A stretch of 64,000 bases of DNA from Candidatus Latescibacterota bacterium (GTDB taxonomy: Bacteria; Latescibacterota; UBA2968): positions 5,495,253 to 5,559,252 of the forward strand of contig OZ242195.1 of assembly GCA_965205975.1 (NCBI GenBank). The letters run 5' to 3'. The position numbers were made by a program, and so were the translations under genes. Below the pieces are notes generated by a model that saw only the letters and a program-made list of their open reading frames with translations, was not told the origin of the DNA and did not search any database. This document shows positions 35,317-44,948 of this stretch, piece by piece. Every line of letters starts with the position of its first letter. Within the stretch, counting starts at the first letter, position 1.

Positions 35317-36759
35317 TCAGTACATATTGTCTTTTGTCGTGACTGGACACCAGCGGGCATTGAATAGGGTGTGGAATAATATATCTCGTGCAGCAGGTGT
35401 GCCGATTTGCTGCAATACATAAGTAGCGTAAAAGCGGTTGTAGCGATTTTCGTCTTCGAGCATTTTTGCCAGTGCTTCAACTGCAGTATCGCCCGATTCT
35501 CCAAATTTTGCGAGGGTGAGGGCTGCGTTGCGGCGCACGCGATAGTCTTTATCACCGAGTGCTTCTGTCAGATCGGAGAGTAGATCTGAGGAGAAATCAC
35601 CGATTGCACCCAGTGCTTCGATCGCATTGCGGCGCACCCACCAGTGATTGTCTTTTATCGCGGTTCTCAAAGCGGGTTGAGATGCAATGGCGTTTGATCC
35701 GATATGTCCCAATATATTGGCAGCAACCGCTCGTATCCACCAGTGATTGTCTGATAATGTTTCTGTGAGGGCGGCGACTGCGGGTTTTCCTATGAATGAG
35801 AGGGATAGTGCCGCGCATCCGCTCGTGGGATTTGTTCCATGGGCATTGTCAGGCGTTTTTGCTTCTGTTTCTTCAATTGTTGCCAGTGTTTCTTCTCGCA
35901 TGGCGGCGATGAGTTCAGGTACGGCTGCCGCGCCAAACTCGGCGAGTTTATACGCTGCGTCCAATCGGTCACATTCCGATCCATTCTTTAAGATTGAAAT
36001 CCAATTTTTCAGATTGCTCTCTGGTGTTTCGCGTTCTTTTTGTGCGTTTCCGCACATCCAGTTCCATACGTCTTGTGATATGGCTGGATGCCGATCTTCA
36101 ATGCCCGGGGACCACGCGCGGCTCTGATGATTCCATGTGGGTTTTTGCGGTTCTTGTGTGCGCGCAAATTGGAATTTCAGCATGTACCGATTTTTAGTGC
36201 TTATATTTTCGGTTGCGCGGTGCCAGGAGTCGAAGTGGATTAGAGCTACGGTGCCCGCAGGCCCGCAAAATGCGCGTGCTTTTTCTTTTGTTTGTACGGG
36301 ATCTACATCGCTGATGGTTTTATATATTTGCATGCCGGGCAATACGCCCGAAGGTCCCATATCCTCAGTTGTGTTCTGTGGAAAATAAAAAGCGAGCACC
36401 CAGTAGAATCTCGGGTGCCGCAAATTGTGATCATATACATAACAGTCTTTATGCCATCGCTGTCCGTTTCGTCCCGGGGGATTCAGGTGGCAATGTCGAT
36501 GGGGGTTCAAGATGTATCCCGGCCCCAGTAAGCTGGTGAGTGCCCCTTTTACATTGGGGTGTTCAAACACCTGTCCGATTTGCGGTATGCGGGGCAAGAT
36601 GTTATTGCCGGGATTGCCTTCTTTTTTAAAGACGGTCTCGATTTGATCGTGGATATTCGCGTGGAAAGAGGATGGATAATCCGCGTGAACGGTCATGCAT
36701 CCATCTACGATAAATCGCTGTACCTCTTCATCGGTCAATAACCGCATTGGATCAGCCAT
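35317..36759 (-). CDS. Phytanoyl-CoA dioxygenase (PhyH)-like domain fused to HEAT/PBS-lyase repeats
   Basis: WHKD..WHR facial triad; C-terminal repeats D..WWIRAVAA..LG, D..WWVRRNA..ALG, D..YRVRRNAA. Confidence 0.85.
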   Translation of the reverse strand: MADPMRLLTDEEVQRFIVDGCMTVHADYPSSFHANIHDQIETVFKKEGNPGNNILPRIPQIGQVFEHPNVKGALTSLLGPGYILNPHRHCHLNPPGRNGQRWHKDCYVYDHNLRHPRFYWVLAFYFPQNTTEDMGPSGVLPGMQIYKTISDVDPVQTKEKARAFCGPAGTVALIHFDSWHRATENISTKNRYMLKFQFARTQEPQKPTWNHQSRAWSPGIEDRHPAISQDVWNWMCGNAQKERETPESNLKNWISILKNGSECDRLDAAYKLAEFGAAAVPELIAAMREETLATIEETEAKTPDNAHGTNPTSGCAALSLSFIGKPAVAALTETLSDNHWWIRAVAANILGHIGSNAIASQPALRTAIKDNHWWVRRNAIEALGAIGDFSSDLLSDLTEALGDKDYRVRRNAALTLAKFGESGDTAVEALAKMLEDENRYNRFYATYVLQQIGTPAARDILFHTLFNARWCPVTTKDNMY

Positions 36760-36768
36760 GGGGCCTCC

Positions 36769-37641
36769 TCAGCTAAAAATTTCCACAAATTTTGCAACGC
36801 TCGCCCTGAACCCGTCTTCAAAAGTGCCGCCTTCGGGGCGATAGACGCTTTCGTAAGAGATCGCGCCCGCATACCCGTCGCGTTTGAGCGCGTTTGCAAT
36901 GGGTTCCAGGTATGGCGCGACATCGCCTTCGCCCAGGGGATAGAATCCAACGGTGGCACGCGCAATATCGGTTTTTGCGTCTTTGATGTGAATATGGCCG
37001 ATATAATCGCGAATTTCGTTGTAGGCATCGGGGAAGGGGATATCCGTACAGTACATTGTGTTGGGAATATCCCATAGCAGTTTGAGGTGGGAGCTACCCA
37101 ATTCGTCGATCAACTTTCGCGCCAGATATCCCGATGTTATCATGGCATTATTACCCGTTTCAACGACGAGTGTCACGCCTTCTTCTTCGGCTATTTGAAC
37201 GGGTACGGCCATCAATTTCACCAGTTTATCCCACGCACCAGCCGTTACAATCCAATCTTCTGCGCCGTTGTACCCAAATAGTATCATTTCTTTTTTACAA
37301 CCCATAATTCTGACAATATTCGTGCCGAGGGTTTTTGCAAGGGCAATGCACCGCCGCAATCCCGATACATGATCTTCAAATACGGGATCTCCTATCTCGG
37401 TTTGCAATACGGGCAAGCCGCCAAAGTTGTGCCGCGAGATACAGGAGACTTCCATGTCGTGCTGATCCAGTAGTGCCTTTATGCGCGCCACTTGCTCGAA
37501 GTCGTGATCCCCTACTTCTCGATCCCATACAAACTGGAGTTCTGGATATTTCAGTTTGTATTCCGCCATGACATTCAATGCGTGTTCAAAATCCCTGCTG
37601 ATTCCATCTGTAATTACACCGAGTTTCACTGTAAGCTCCAA
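36769..37641 (-). CDS. Sugar phosphate isomerase/epimerase (TIM barrel)
   Basis: VVETG, LWDIPN, HIHIKD, LGEGDV, ISYES. Confidence 0.85.
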   Translation of the reverse strand: MELTVKLGVITDGISRDFEHALNVMAEYKLKYPELQFVWDREVGDHDFEQVARIKALLDQHDMEVSCISRHNFGGLPVLQTEIGDPVFEDHVSGLRRCIALAKTLGTNIVRIMGCKKEMILFGYNGAEDWIVTAGAWDKLVKLMAVPVQIAEEEGVTLVVETGNNAMITSGYLARKLIDELGSSHLKLLWDIPNTMYCTDIPFPDAYNEIRDYIGHIHIKDAKTDIARATVGFYPLGEGDVAPYLEPIANALKRDGYAGAISYESVYRPEGGTFEDGFRASVAKFVEIFS

Positions 37642-37648
37642 TCTCGTC

Positions 37649-38533
37649 TTACCGTTTTTTCACTTCAATACCCAGCATATCCTCAAAAATTTTGATGATG
37701 GCCCAGTTCGCTTCTTCGGGGTTTACGCTGATGCCCGCTTGAAACCACTCCGCAGCCGATGAGAGTGTGAAGAGGGGCACGCCACATTCTCGTCCCAGTG
37801 TTTTTGCGATTCCGAGGTCTTTGTGCATTGTGCCAATGCGGCTTTGGCCCGCGAAATTTCGTTCCATAATATTTTGCGTTGTGTCCCGAAATAAAAAGCT
37901 GCCGACCACACTCGTGTTGATGACTTCGTACAGGGTCTCGGGTTTTACGCCGGCTTTTACGCCCAGTGATAGGGTTTCGAAGATGCCCGCATAGGTGACG
38001 CCTGTCAAGACAGCCAGACACGCTTTCACGGTTTGTCCGGCTCCGATTTCTTCGCCGACGTGGTAGATGTTTTCTCCGACTGCGTTGAGAACTTCTGTCG
38101 CGTCCTCAAAAACATTCCGCTGTGCTGCTACCATCATTGTCAGTGTGCCAGCCGCTGCGCCAGGTGCGCCACCGCTTACCGGGGCGTCTATGACGCGAAT
38201 CTCTCTCTCTTTTAAGGATTGCGCGATTTCGACTAATTCCGACCGCAATATGGTTGCTGTACAGATAAATGTCGATCCCGGTTTCATGCCGTCCAACAAG
38301 CCACCGTTTAAGATCGCTTTAATTTGGTCGCCGTTCATGACCATGACGAACACGAAGTCCGCGTGTTCGCCTACTTCGCCCACATTTTTGGCCGCATAAG
38401 CTCCCCGCTCGACATAAGGTTCCAATTGTTCGGGGCGCAAGTCATACACGACAAGCTCATGGCCGTTCTTCAAGATGTTCGCAGCCATCCCACTGCCCAT
38501 ATCTCCGACACCGATCAACCCAACACGCGCCAT
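37649..38533 (-). CDS. 3-hydroxyisobutyrate/L-threonate dehydrogenase family NAD(P)-dependent oxidoreductase
   Basis: GLIGVGDMG, DAPVSGG, G.GQTVK, KDLGIA. Confidence 0.9.
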   Translation of the reverse strand: MARVGLIGVGDMGSGMAANILKNGHELVVYDLRPEQLEPYVERGAYAAKNVGEVGEHADFVFVMVMNGDQIKAILNGGLLDGMKPGSTFICTATILRSELVEIAQSLKEREIRVIDAPVSGGAPGAAAGTLTMMVAAQRNVFEDATEVLNAVGENIYHVGEEIGAGQTVKACLAVLTGVTYAGIFETLSLGVKAGVKPETLYEVINTSVVGSFLFRDTTQNIMERNFAGQSRIGTMHKDLGIAKTLGRECGVPLFTLSSAAEWFQAGISVNPEEANWAIIKIFEDMLGIEVKKR

Positions 38534-38561
38534 GTTTTTTTCCTTTCCTGTTACAAGCTAC

Positions 38562-39335
38562 TCAAGATTTTGAAACCCGATCTTTCAACTGATATGCAAT
38601 CGCGTAAAATGCCATTGAGTTACCCGTGCGATTTGGCTCGCTGCGATGCCAGGTGTAATTTGTGAAGAAGAGGCCGTCACCCGGTTTCATTTTGACCAGG
38701 ACTTCATCGGAATAATCGATCTGATTTAGCGGGATGCGGTGGCGCTTAAACGGTTCATAGATTTCATCGCCATTCACACGGGATTTTCTGAACATCGGCG
38801 GGTCGTCGTAATAAGATTCGTGCGGTACGAGTTCCCAGCCGATATGGCTACGCGGCATGACCGATAATGCGATGGCGTTTTTTCCCACTTCTTGCATCGG
38901 GATCCAGCAATTGCACCCCAATTCGGGATCGATTTTCCAGTACCACGAGTCCTGGTGAAAATAACTGCATCCACCTTGCTCAGTGTCAATCCATCCGTGT
39001 TTAACCCCTATCTGATCTGTGAAGAGTTCCACATCGCCGTCCAAAACTCCCGCCATTGCATTTGCCATATTGCTGTGTTCTGCGACCGTGGCAAATACCT
39101 GTTCTTCCAGGCCCGGCCGTTGTATGCCCTTGGGCACTGGATCACCTGATGTGGCGCGATATATTTCGGGATTGAGGACTTGAAATCTGCCCTTTTTCCA
39201 ATCTGGCGGATGATCTATGATTTCCCGTACTCGCGACCAGGCGTTTGCCATGATTTCAGGGGGGATTAAGCCTTCCACATGGCAGTATCCTTCTTCTCGA
39301 TACTGTTGGATATGTTGTTCGGTGACTGTGCTCAT
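38562..39335 (-). CDS. PhyH-family Fe(II)/2OG dioxygenase
   Basis: YREEGY, FHQDSWYW, CWIP, PGDGLFF..WHRS.PN. Confidence 0.9.
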   Translation of the reverse strand: MSTVTEQHIQQYREEGYCHVEGLIPPEIMANAWSRVREIIDHPPDWKKGRFQVLNPEIYRATSGDPVPKGIQRPGLEEQVFATVAEHSNMANAMAGVLDGDVELFTDQIGVKHGWIDTEQGGCSYFHQDSWYWKIDPELGCNCWIPMQEVGKNAIALSVMPRSHIGWELVPHESYYDDPPMFRKSRVNGDEIYEPFKRHRIPLNQIDYSDEVLVKMKPGDGLFFTNYTWHRSEPNRTGNSMAFYAIAYQLKDRVSKS

Positions 39336-39346
39336 TGTTTTTCCTT

Positions 39347-40141
39347 TTAATCGCTTATCCAGTGTCGGAACAGGGGTTTTGCGTTTTCTGGCAATTCCTC
39401 GTAAACCTGGCGGGGTACAGGTTCCTGATCGTTATCGGTCAAGCCGGTTTCATCCACCATCATTTTGCGCTCTTCAGACCCGGGCATCAATACGCGCGTG
39501 TTCAACCACCAGGGGGCATAGCGAACGACAACGGATACCCGATCTTCCTGGGATTGATTGGGGGCGGTTGCGTGCCATATCCGACTGTCCAGCACGAGGA
39601 CGCTTCCCGCCGGACCCGTTGCATTCATCTCGGTTGAATAAGGCGCGAGCGGATCCACGTCTATATTTCCGGTTGGATTATTCGACCATCGGTGGCTGCC
39701 CGGCACGATCAATGTGCCGCCATTCTCATGGGTAAAGGGAGATAACATCCACAGGGTTGTGATATGCATTACCGCATCTGGATAGGGTGCGAGCACATGC
39801 GCGGCGTTGATCTGATTAAACGGCCAGTCTGCATGCCATCTGCCCCGTGGGTTGTCCCGGCGATTGATGGTTGCTGAGACATAAGACACTTTGACAAAGG
39901 AGCCAAAAAGAGCTTCGAGGATAGCCATCAGCCTTGCGTCTGCGAGATAGGGCGCGAGGGTCTGGTCATAGCGTATAAATCCCGGCACGTGTCCGATGCC
40001 ATCTTTTGCGGCCTTCGCTCTGCCGTGTGTCCCGGTCGAATGCCATACGTGATCGCGTATTGCATCTACCTCATCTTCTGGGATTACGCCTTCTATTACG
40101 GTCCAGCCATCTCTTCGGATTCGGTTTAGATCGGTATTCAT
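39347..40141 (-). CDS. PhyH-family Fe(II)/2OG dioxygenase
   Basis: DGWTVIEG, WHADW, NGGTLIVPGSH, AGSVLVLDSRIWHA..N...R. Confidence 0.9.
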   Translation of the reverse strand: MNTDLNRIRRDGWTVIEGVIPEDEVDAIRDHVWHSTGTHGRAKAAKDGIGHVPGFIRYDQTLAPYLADARLMAILEALFGSFVKVSYVSATINRRDNPRGRWHADWPFNQINAAHVLAPYPDAVMHITTLWMLSPFTHENGGTLIVPGSHRWSNNPTGNIDVDPLAPYSTEMNATGPAGSVLVLDSRIWHATAPNQSQEDRVSVVVRYAPWWLNTRVLMPGSEERKMMVDETGLTDNDQEPVPRQVYEELPENAKPLFRHWISD

Positions 40142-40151
40142 TGCGTGTCCC

Positions 40152-41243
40152 TCAAACATCAAATATGATGATCTGCCGGGCGACTTCACCTGCGATCAGA
40201 GCCTTAAACGCATCGTCAATATCATCTAAGGAAATGTTATGTGAAATCATTTCGTCGATCTTGAGGTTGCCCATGAGATACATATCCACATACCGCGGCA
40301 TATCTACGCGAAAGCGATTGGATCCCATGCTCGATCCCTGAATTTTGCGCTCGCGCAAAAAGTTGTGTCCTGTAAGTTCAATTTTAACGCCCTGGGGAAT
40401 CATGCCAATTATCGTGGCGGTGCCGCCTTCTTCGAGCATGTAAAAACACTGTTCCGCAGTCTGCTTTAAGCCGACGGCTTCAAAAGAGTTGGCCACGCCT
40501 TTTCCGCCGGTCAGATCCATTATTTGCTCAACGGGATCGCCATCGTTGGCATTGACCAGGTCTGTTGCACCCAATTCTCGGGCCAGTTGCAGTTTGGAAG
40601 AGACGGTATCTACTGCAATAATACGCCCTGCGCCACCTATTCGCGCACCCTGTACAGCACTCAGGCCAATGCCACCACATCCGACAACGGCAACTGTGCT
40701 GCCCGGTTCTACTTTGGCGGTATTGAGCGCGGCGCCAACACCGGTTGTTACGCCACATCCGATCAGGGCAGCTTTGTCCAGCGGCATGTCTTCGCGGACT
40801 TTGCATACTGCATTTTCGTGTACCAATAGCTGTTCTGCATAAGAGGCGAGGTTTGCAAACTGAAAGAACGCTTGACCATCCTGGGATAGGCGCGGTTTAT
40901 CTGTCTCTTTGCGCTGTGTCGATTCTCTATCTTCACATAGATTTGGACGTCCGGTGGTGCAGTAGCGACAATGTCCACAAAAAACCGATAGACAGGTGAT
41001 TACATGGTCGCCGGGTTTTACATAGGTTACGTCTGGGCCGGTCGCCTCTACAATGCCCGCTGACTCGTGGCCGAGTACGGCAGGTAGCTCGCAGGTATAA
41101 TGCCCTTGCTGATAATGGACATCGCTGTGACAGACTCCCGCGGCGGCGGTACGAATCAATACTTCGCGCCCGATTGGGTCGGCAATTTCGACGTCTTCTA
41201 CGCTTATTGGCTGATGTGCTTCGCGCAAAACAGCAGCTTTCAT
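40152..41243 (-). CDS. Zn-dependent alcohol dehydrogenase (MDR family)
   Basis: GVCHSD, GHE.AG, CGHCRYC..C, IGCGVTTG, GCGGIG. Confidence 0.93.
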   Translation of the reverse strand: MKAAVLREAHQPISVEDVEIADPIGREVLIRTAAAGVCHSDVHYQQGHYTCELPAVLGHESAGIVEATGPDVTYVKPGDHVITCLSVFCGHCRYCTTGRPNLCEDRESTQRKETDKPRLSQDGQAFFQFANLASYAEQLLVHENAVCKVREDMPLDKAALIGCGVTTGVGAALNTAKVEPGSTVAVVGCGGIGLSAVQGARIGGAGRIIAVDTVSSKLQLARELGATDLVNANDGDPVEQIMDLTGGKGVANSFEAVGLKQTAEQCFYMLEEGGTATIIGMIPQGVKIELTGHNFLRERKIQGSSMGSNRFRVDMPRYVDMYLMGNLKIDEMISHNISLDDIDDAFKALIAGEVARQIIIFDV

Positions 41244-41260
41244 TGTAAACCTCCTGTTGT

Positions 41261-42781
41261 TTATCGACCTTCTTCTTCCCAGCGGCGAATCACAATTTTG
41301 GGATCAAAATAGGTGTTGTTCGGATAGAAGTCGGGTAGCGATGTGCGATTTCCCTGTCTCGCACCTTCCAGATGCAATAGTGCGAGTGGTAGCGCGGTAT
41401 CGATATTCGATTCGCCTTCCCGACTATCTGAAACAATCAAGCCATTTACCTGATATTGACGCAGCAATTGCTCTCCAAGAGAGGTGGCAGACTGCAATAT
41501 CGCATCATCACCCGTTGCCGAGTGGAGTTCTAATAAACCAAATAACGCGCATGCATCGTTCTGTCCTTTGTTTACCCACGCTTCATCACTTGCTGGCGAA
41601 CCGCCAGATCCAAAATCCACAGGCGCGTTTAAGTCGCCCCATCCCATCCCCTGGGCTGTGGAAAAGGCTATTTCTCGAAAACGATCAATGCCGGTCAGGT
41701 GATATGCCCGCGCGTAAGATAAGAACATCAGGCCATTTGCAGGGACTTTTCTCAGCTTTGTGGGCGGACAATAGCCGATTCCTTCATTGCTATTTTCTGG
41801 ATAGAGGCGGGTGCCGTCATTGATTGCGGGATAAAAGCTGTGGTCGTCGATATTATAACAGTGGGTTGCCAGGGCTTCTAAATCCGCGGTTACCACATCG
41901 AGAAATGCTTTGCCCTTTTCATTGCCCAGGACCTCCGCGGCGTTGAGAAAGGTGACGGCGGCTCGTCCGTATCGAGTTTGAATCACGTTATTGGTGATGA
42001 CTGTTACTTCGTTGATATCTGCCCGTTCGCTAAATGGTGGTTTGAATGATTCTCGGACCCGACAGGGATCGCGATGATTAAACTGATACCCCGCCAATCC
42101 CGCCTCAGGATGCCGGATCTGATCGTACCGGGAAAGCAGATGCTTTGCCCATCTCAAGGGCGTTTCATCGCCTGAGAGTGCGTGTAGCATTGCCCCGCTC
42201 AGGATTAAATCGCTTCCCGTGTTGACAAAGGAGAGCGCGGTGTTCTCCACAATTGGCAATGGGCCTCCTTCAAATTCTGCATCCCACTTTTCACGCCACG
42301 CTTCGTAAATTCCGTGCCGGTTAAAGAGCAAGGTGGGCCAATCCCAGATGTGCGCGTGCCAGATGGCTTTGACAAAGCGGCGCATGCGTTCGGGATGAAC
42401 TTTATAGAGGTACGCATAGTGCGGATAGACGCACTTCATTTCGTGATTGCCCAGTACTGGCGCATCTGTTAAGAGGTCGTAACTGGTATGGCCTCCCCAG
42501 TAGAACAGGTCAGATTCTATATCGTGAATTTTATCCAGCGCACAGCCAATCCATTCGTCTGCCTGATTATGGTATTTGTCGTTCCCTGTTAGTGTTCCCA
42601 ATGCATCCAGCACCCGCAAAAAATTCTGCTGACACGCGAGGTTGGATAGCATATTTTCCTCCCAAATCAGCGGCTGTGCGGTTGACAGGTCGAGTCCATC
42701 TGAGAGCATTGCACCGTTTTTGTGTGTACAATGCGCGAATATCTCCTGTACGTGCTTATCTATCGCATCGATAAATCCCAT
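41261..42781 (-). CDS. Polysaccharide lyase family 2-like (pectate lyase) protein, no signal peptide
   Basis: SNLACQQNFLR.L..L..LTG..KY, YWGGH, HEMK..YP.Y, FNRHG, LSFVNTGSDLI, RHP..GL.GYQF; AAGGAGG upstream of ATG 42781. Confidence 0.75.
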   Translation of the reverse strand: MGFIDAIDKHVQEIFAHCTHKNGAMLSDGLDLSTAQPLIWEENMLSNLACQQNFLRVLDALGTLTGNDKYHNQADEWIGCALDKIHDIESDLFYWGGHTSYDLLTDAPVLGNHEMKCVYPHYAYLYKVHPERMRRFVKAIWHAHIWDWPTLLFNRHGIYEAWREKWDAEFEGGPLPIVENTALSFVNTGSDLILSGAMLHALSGDETPLRWAKHLLSRYDQIRHPEAGLAGYQFNHRDPCRVRESFKPPFSERADINEVTVITNNVIQTRYGRAAVTFLNAAEVLGNEKGKAFLDVVTADLEALATHCYNIDDHSFYPAINDGTRLYPENSNEGIGYCPPTKLRKVPANGLMFLSYARAYHLTGIDRFREIAFSTAQGMGWGDLNAPVDFGSGGSPASDEAWVNKGQNDACALFGLLELHSATGDDAILQSATSLGEQLLRQYQVNGLIVSDSREGESNIDTALPLALLHLEGARQGNRTSLPDFYPNNTYFDPKIVIRRWEEEGR

Positions 42782-42938
42782 GATTGCCCTCCTTGTCTTG
42801 AACCAAACAATTATAGCTCCAATAGACGAAATATCAAAGTGTTCGTACATCCGCTCAACAATCGACTTGACATTGTTTGCGACAGCAAGCATAAATACGT
42901 TTCACTTCTTAGTTTACTAACTTCTTTTGGAGGATCAC

Positions 42939-43889
42939 ATGTTAAAAGCCGGATTTATCGGAGCTGGGGGGCGCAGTCAGGGCGCGCATTATCCAAATGT
43001 TCATCGCCTGGAGCGTGATGTCGAGATGTGCGCGGTTTGCGAACTCGATGAGGAACGCCTGGAGCAGGTAGCGAAAAAATACGAGTTTCCGCAAGTATAT
43101 ACAGATCACAAGAAGATGCTCGGCGAAGCCGACCTCGATGTCATCTATTGCGTTATGAATGAAAAATGGATTTTGCAGACGGCTATTGATTGTATGAATG
43201 CGGGCAAACACATTTTTATAGAAAAGCCTCCCGGTGCCAATCTCGAAGAAACCGAGCAATTGCTCGAAGCGGCAGTGTCCAACAGTGTGTTTGCCGCGGT
43301 CGGGTTTCAGCGTCGCTATACAGCGGTTACGCGCGAGGCCATGCGTGTCGTAGCAGAAAAAGGTCCCGTTTCATCTATTGTCACGACATTCAACAAGCAA
43401 ATGCTCGGTGGCGATGGCAAAGAATTTACTTCTACTCTGTGGAATGACGTCTGCCATATTGTCGATCTCACGCGCTATATGGCCGGGAGCGAACCCGTGG
43501 AAGTGACGGCCCATCAGGACAAATTTGGCGGGGAGAGCTATAATAATTATACGGCTCTCATACACTTCGAGAACAATGCAACCGGTGTCATTTTGGGCAA
43601 CCGAGCTTCAGGGGGGCGCGTGTTACGCTCTGAACTGCACGGCGTGGGTATTGGGTGTTATATGAAGATTCCCCAGGAGATCGAGATTCACGAAGACAAT
43701 CAGGTGCGTACCCTGGGGGGATGGGAAGTTGATGGCGTGGAAGAGGATGATGTCGCCAGTTACGAGGGTGTTTTGACGATGCACCAGCATTTTGTCGATT
43801 GTATCAATAAAAACGAGGTGCCTCACAACGACCTGCGAGATGTTATCCATTCCATCCGTCTGGTGGATCAACTCGAAGCCAAGGAGTAA
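42939..43889 (+). CDS. Gfo/Idh/MocA family oxidoreductase
   Basis: GFIGAGG, GKHIFIEKPP, VGFQRRY, D..H. Confidence 0.9.
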   Translation: MLKAGFIGAGGRSQGAHYPNVHRLERDVEMCAVCELDEERLEQVAKKYEFPQVYTDHKKMLGEADLDVIYCVMNEKWILQTAIDCMNAGKHIFIEKPPGANLEETEQLLEAAVSNSVFAAVGFQRRYTAVTREAMRVVAEKGPVSSIVTTFNKQMLGGDGKEFTSTLWNDVCHIVDLTRYMAGSEPVEVTAHQDKFGGESYNNYTALIHFENNATGVILGNRASGGRVLRSELHGVGIGCYMKIPQEIEIHEDNQVRTLGGWEVDGVEEDDVASYEGVLTMHQHFVDCINKNEVPHNDLRDVIHSIRLVDQLEAKE

Positions 43890-44878
43890 AAGCAACTTTT
43901 CTCGGGCGAAACAACCCGTTCGCTCGCAGCCTCTAATACCTCAATCCCCGCATCCTTTTTGTACGCATTTTCGCTTATATATCGCCGCCAGGTTTTTGCA
44001 CCTGGCACGCCGGCAAATAGCCCTATGAGATGTCGCGCTATGTGGTGCAATCGCGTACCGCGTTTGAGTTGGCGGGAAATGTATGGCAAATACGCGTGCA
44101 GGATTTCGTGTCGAGATGGTATTGAGCGTGTTTCACCAAAGAATCGATGGTCGGCATCGGATAAAAAATAGGGGTTTGAATAGGCTTCCCGTCCGACCAT
44201 CACACCATCGACATGCGCCAGATGTGCGGCGGCTTCGTCGAGCGATGTAATCCCCCCGTTGATCACGACATACAGGTCTGGAAAGTCGCGTTTGATGCGA
44301 TAGACTATGTCGTAAGATAATGGGGGAATTTCTCTGTTTTCTTTGGGACTCAGACCCTGAAGCCATGCTTTGCGCGCGTGAAATGCAAAGATATGGCATC
44401 CCGATTCGGCAACGGTCTGGACAAAATGCACCAGTTCTTCGTAAGAATCGCGATTGTCAACGCCAATTCGCGTTTTTACGGTTACGGGAATATTCACCGC
44501 GTTGCGCATTGCGCCTACACCATCGCGCACCCGTTCGGGTTCTTTCATCAAGTACGCCCCAAAAAGCCCTGATTGCACGCGGTCGCTCGGGCATCCCACA
44601 TTCAGATTGATCTCATCATATCCCCAGTTTTCTCCCACTTTGGCGCACATTGCGAGATCGGCGGGGTCGCTTCCGCCCAATTGCAGCGCTATGGGGTGCT
44701 CGATCGGATCAAATCCCAATAAACGCGTGCGGTCGCCGTGTATGATTGCGCCAGTGGCAACCATTTCGGTATATAGCAAAACCCGTTGGGAGATCAGGCG
44801 CAAAAAATACCGCTCGTGCCGATCTGTACAATCCATCATGGGCGCGATTGAAAATCGCCTGCTGTCTCCAATAGCCAT
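43868..44878 (-). CDS. dusA: tRNA-dihydrouridine synthase A
   Basis: FSIAPMMDCTDRH.R, LYTEM, LQLGGS, EINLNVGCPS.RV, HARKAWLQGLSPKENREIPPL. Confidence 0.93.
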   Translation of the reverse strand: MAIGDSRRFSIAPMMDCTDRHERYFLRLISQRVLLYTEMVATGAIIHGDRTRLLGFDPIEHPIALQLGGSDPADLAMCAKVGENWGYDEINLNVGCPSDRVQSGLFGAYLMKEPERVRDGVGAMRNAVNIPVTVKTRIGVDNRDSYEELVHFVQTVAESGCHIFAFHARKAWLQGLSPKENREIPPLSYDIVYRIKRDFPDLYVVINGGITSLDEAAAHLAHVDGVMVGREAYSNPYFLSDADHRFFGETRSIPSRHEILHAYLPYISRQLKRGTRLHHIARHLIGLFAGVPGAKTWRRYISENAYKKDAGIEVLEAASERVVSPEKSCFYSLASS

Positions 44879-44890
44879 ATAAAATTCCAC

Positions 44891-44929
44891 AAAAAAACGA
44901 GTCGATCACATGGGCAACCGACTCGTTTT
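44891..44929 (-). terminator. Intrinsic terminator
   Basis: Minus strand AAAACGAGTCG...CGACTCG followed by T7, downstream of the gene ending at 44949. Confidence 0.75.
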
Positions 44930-44948
44930 GGATTAACACCAGTGTTTG

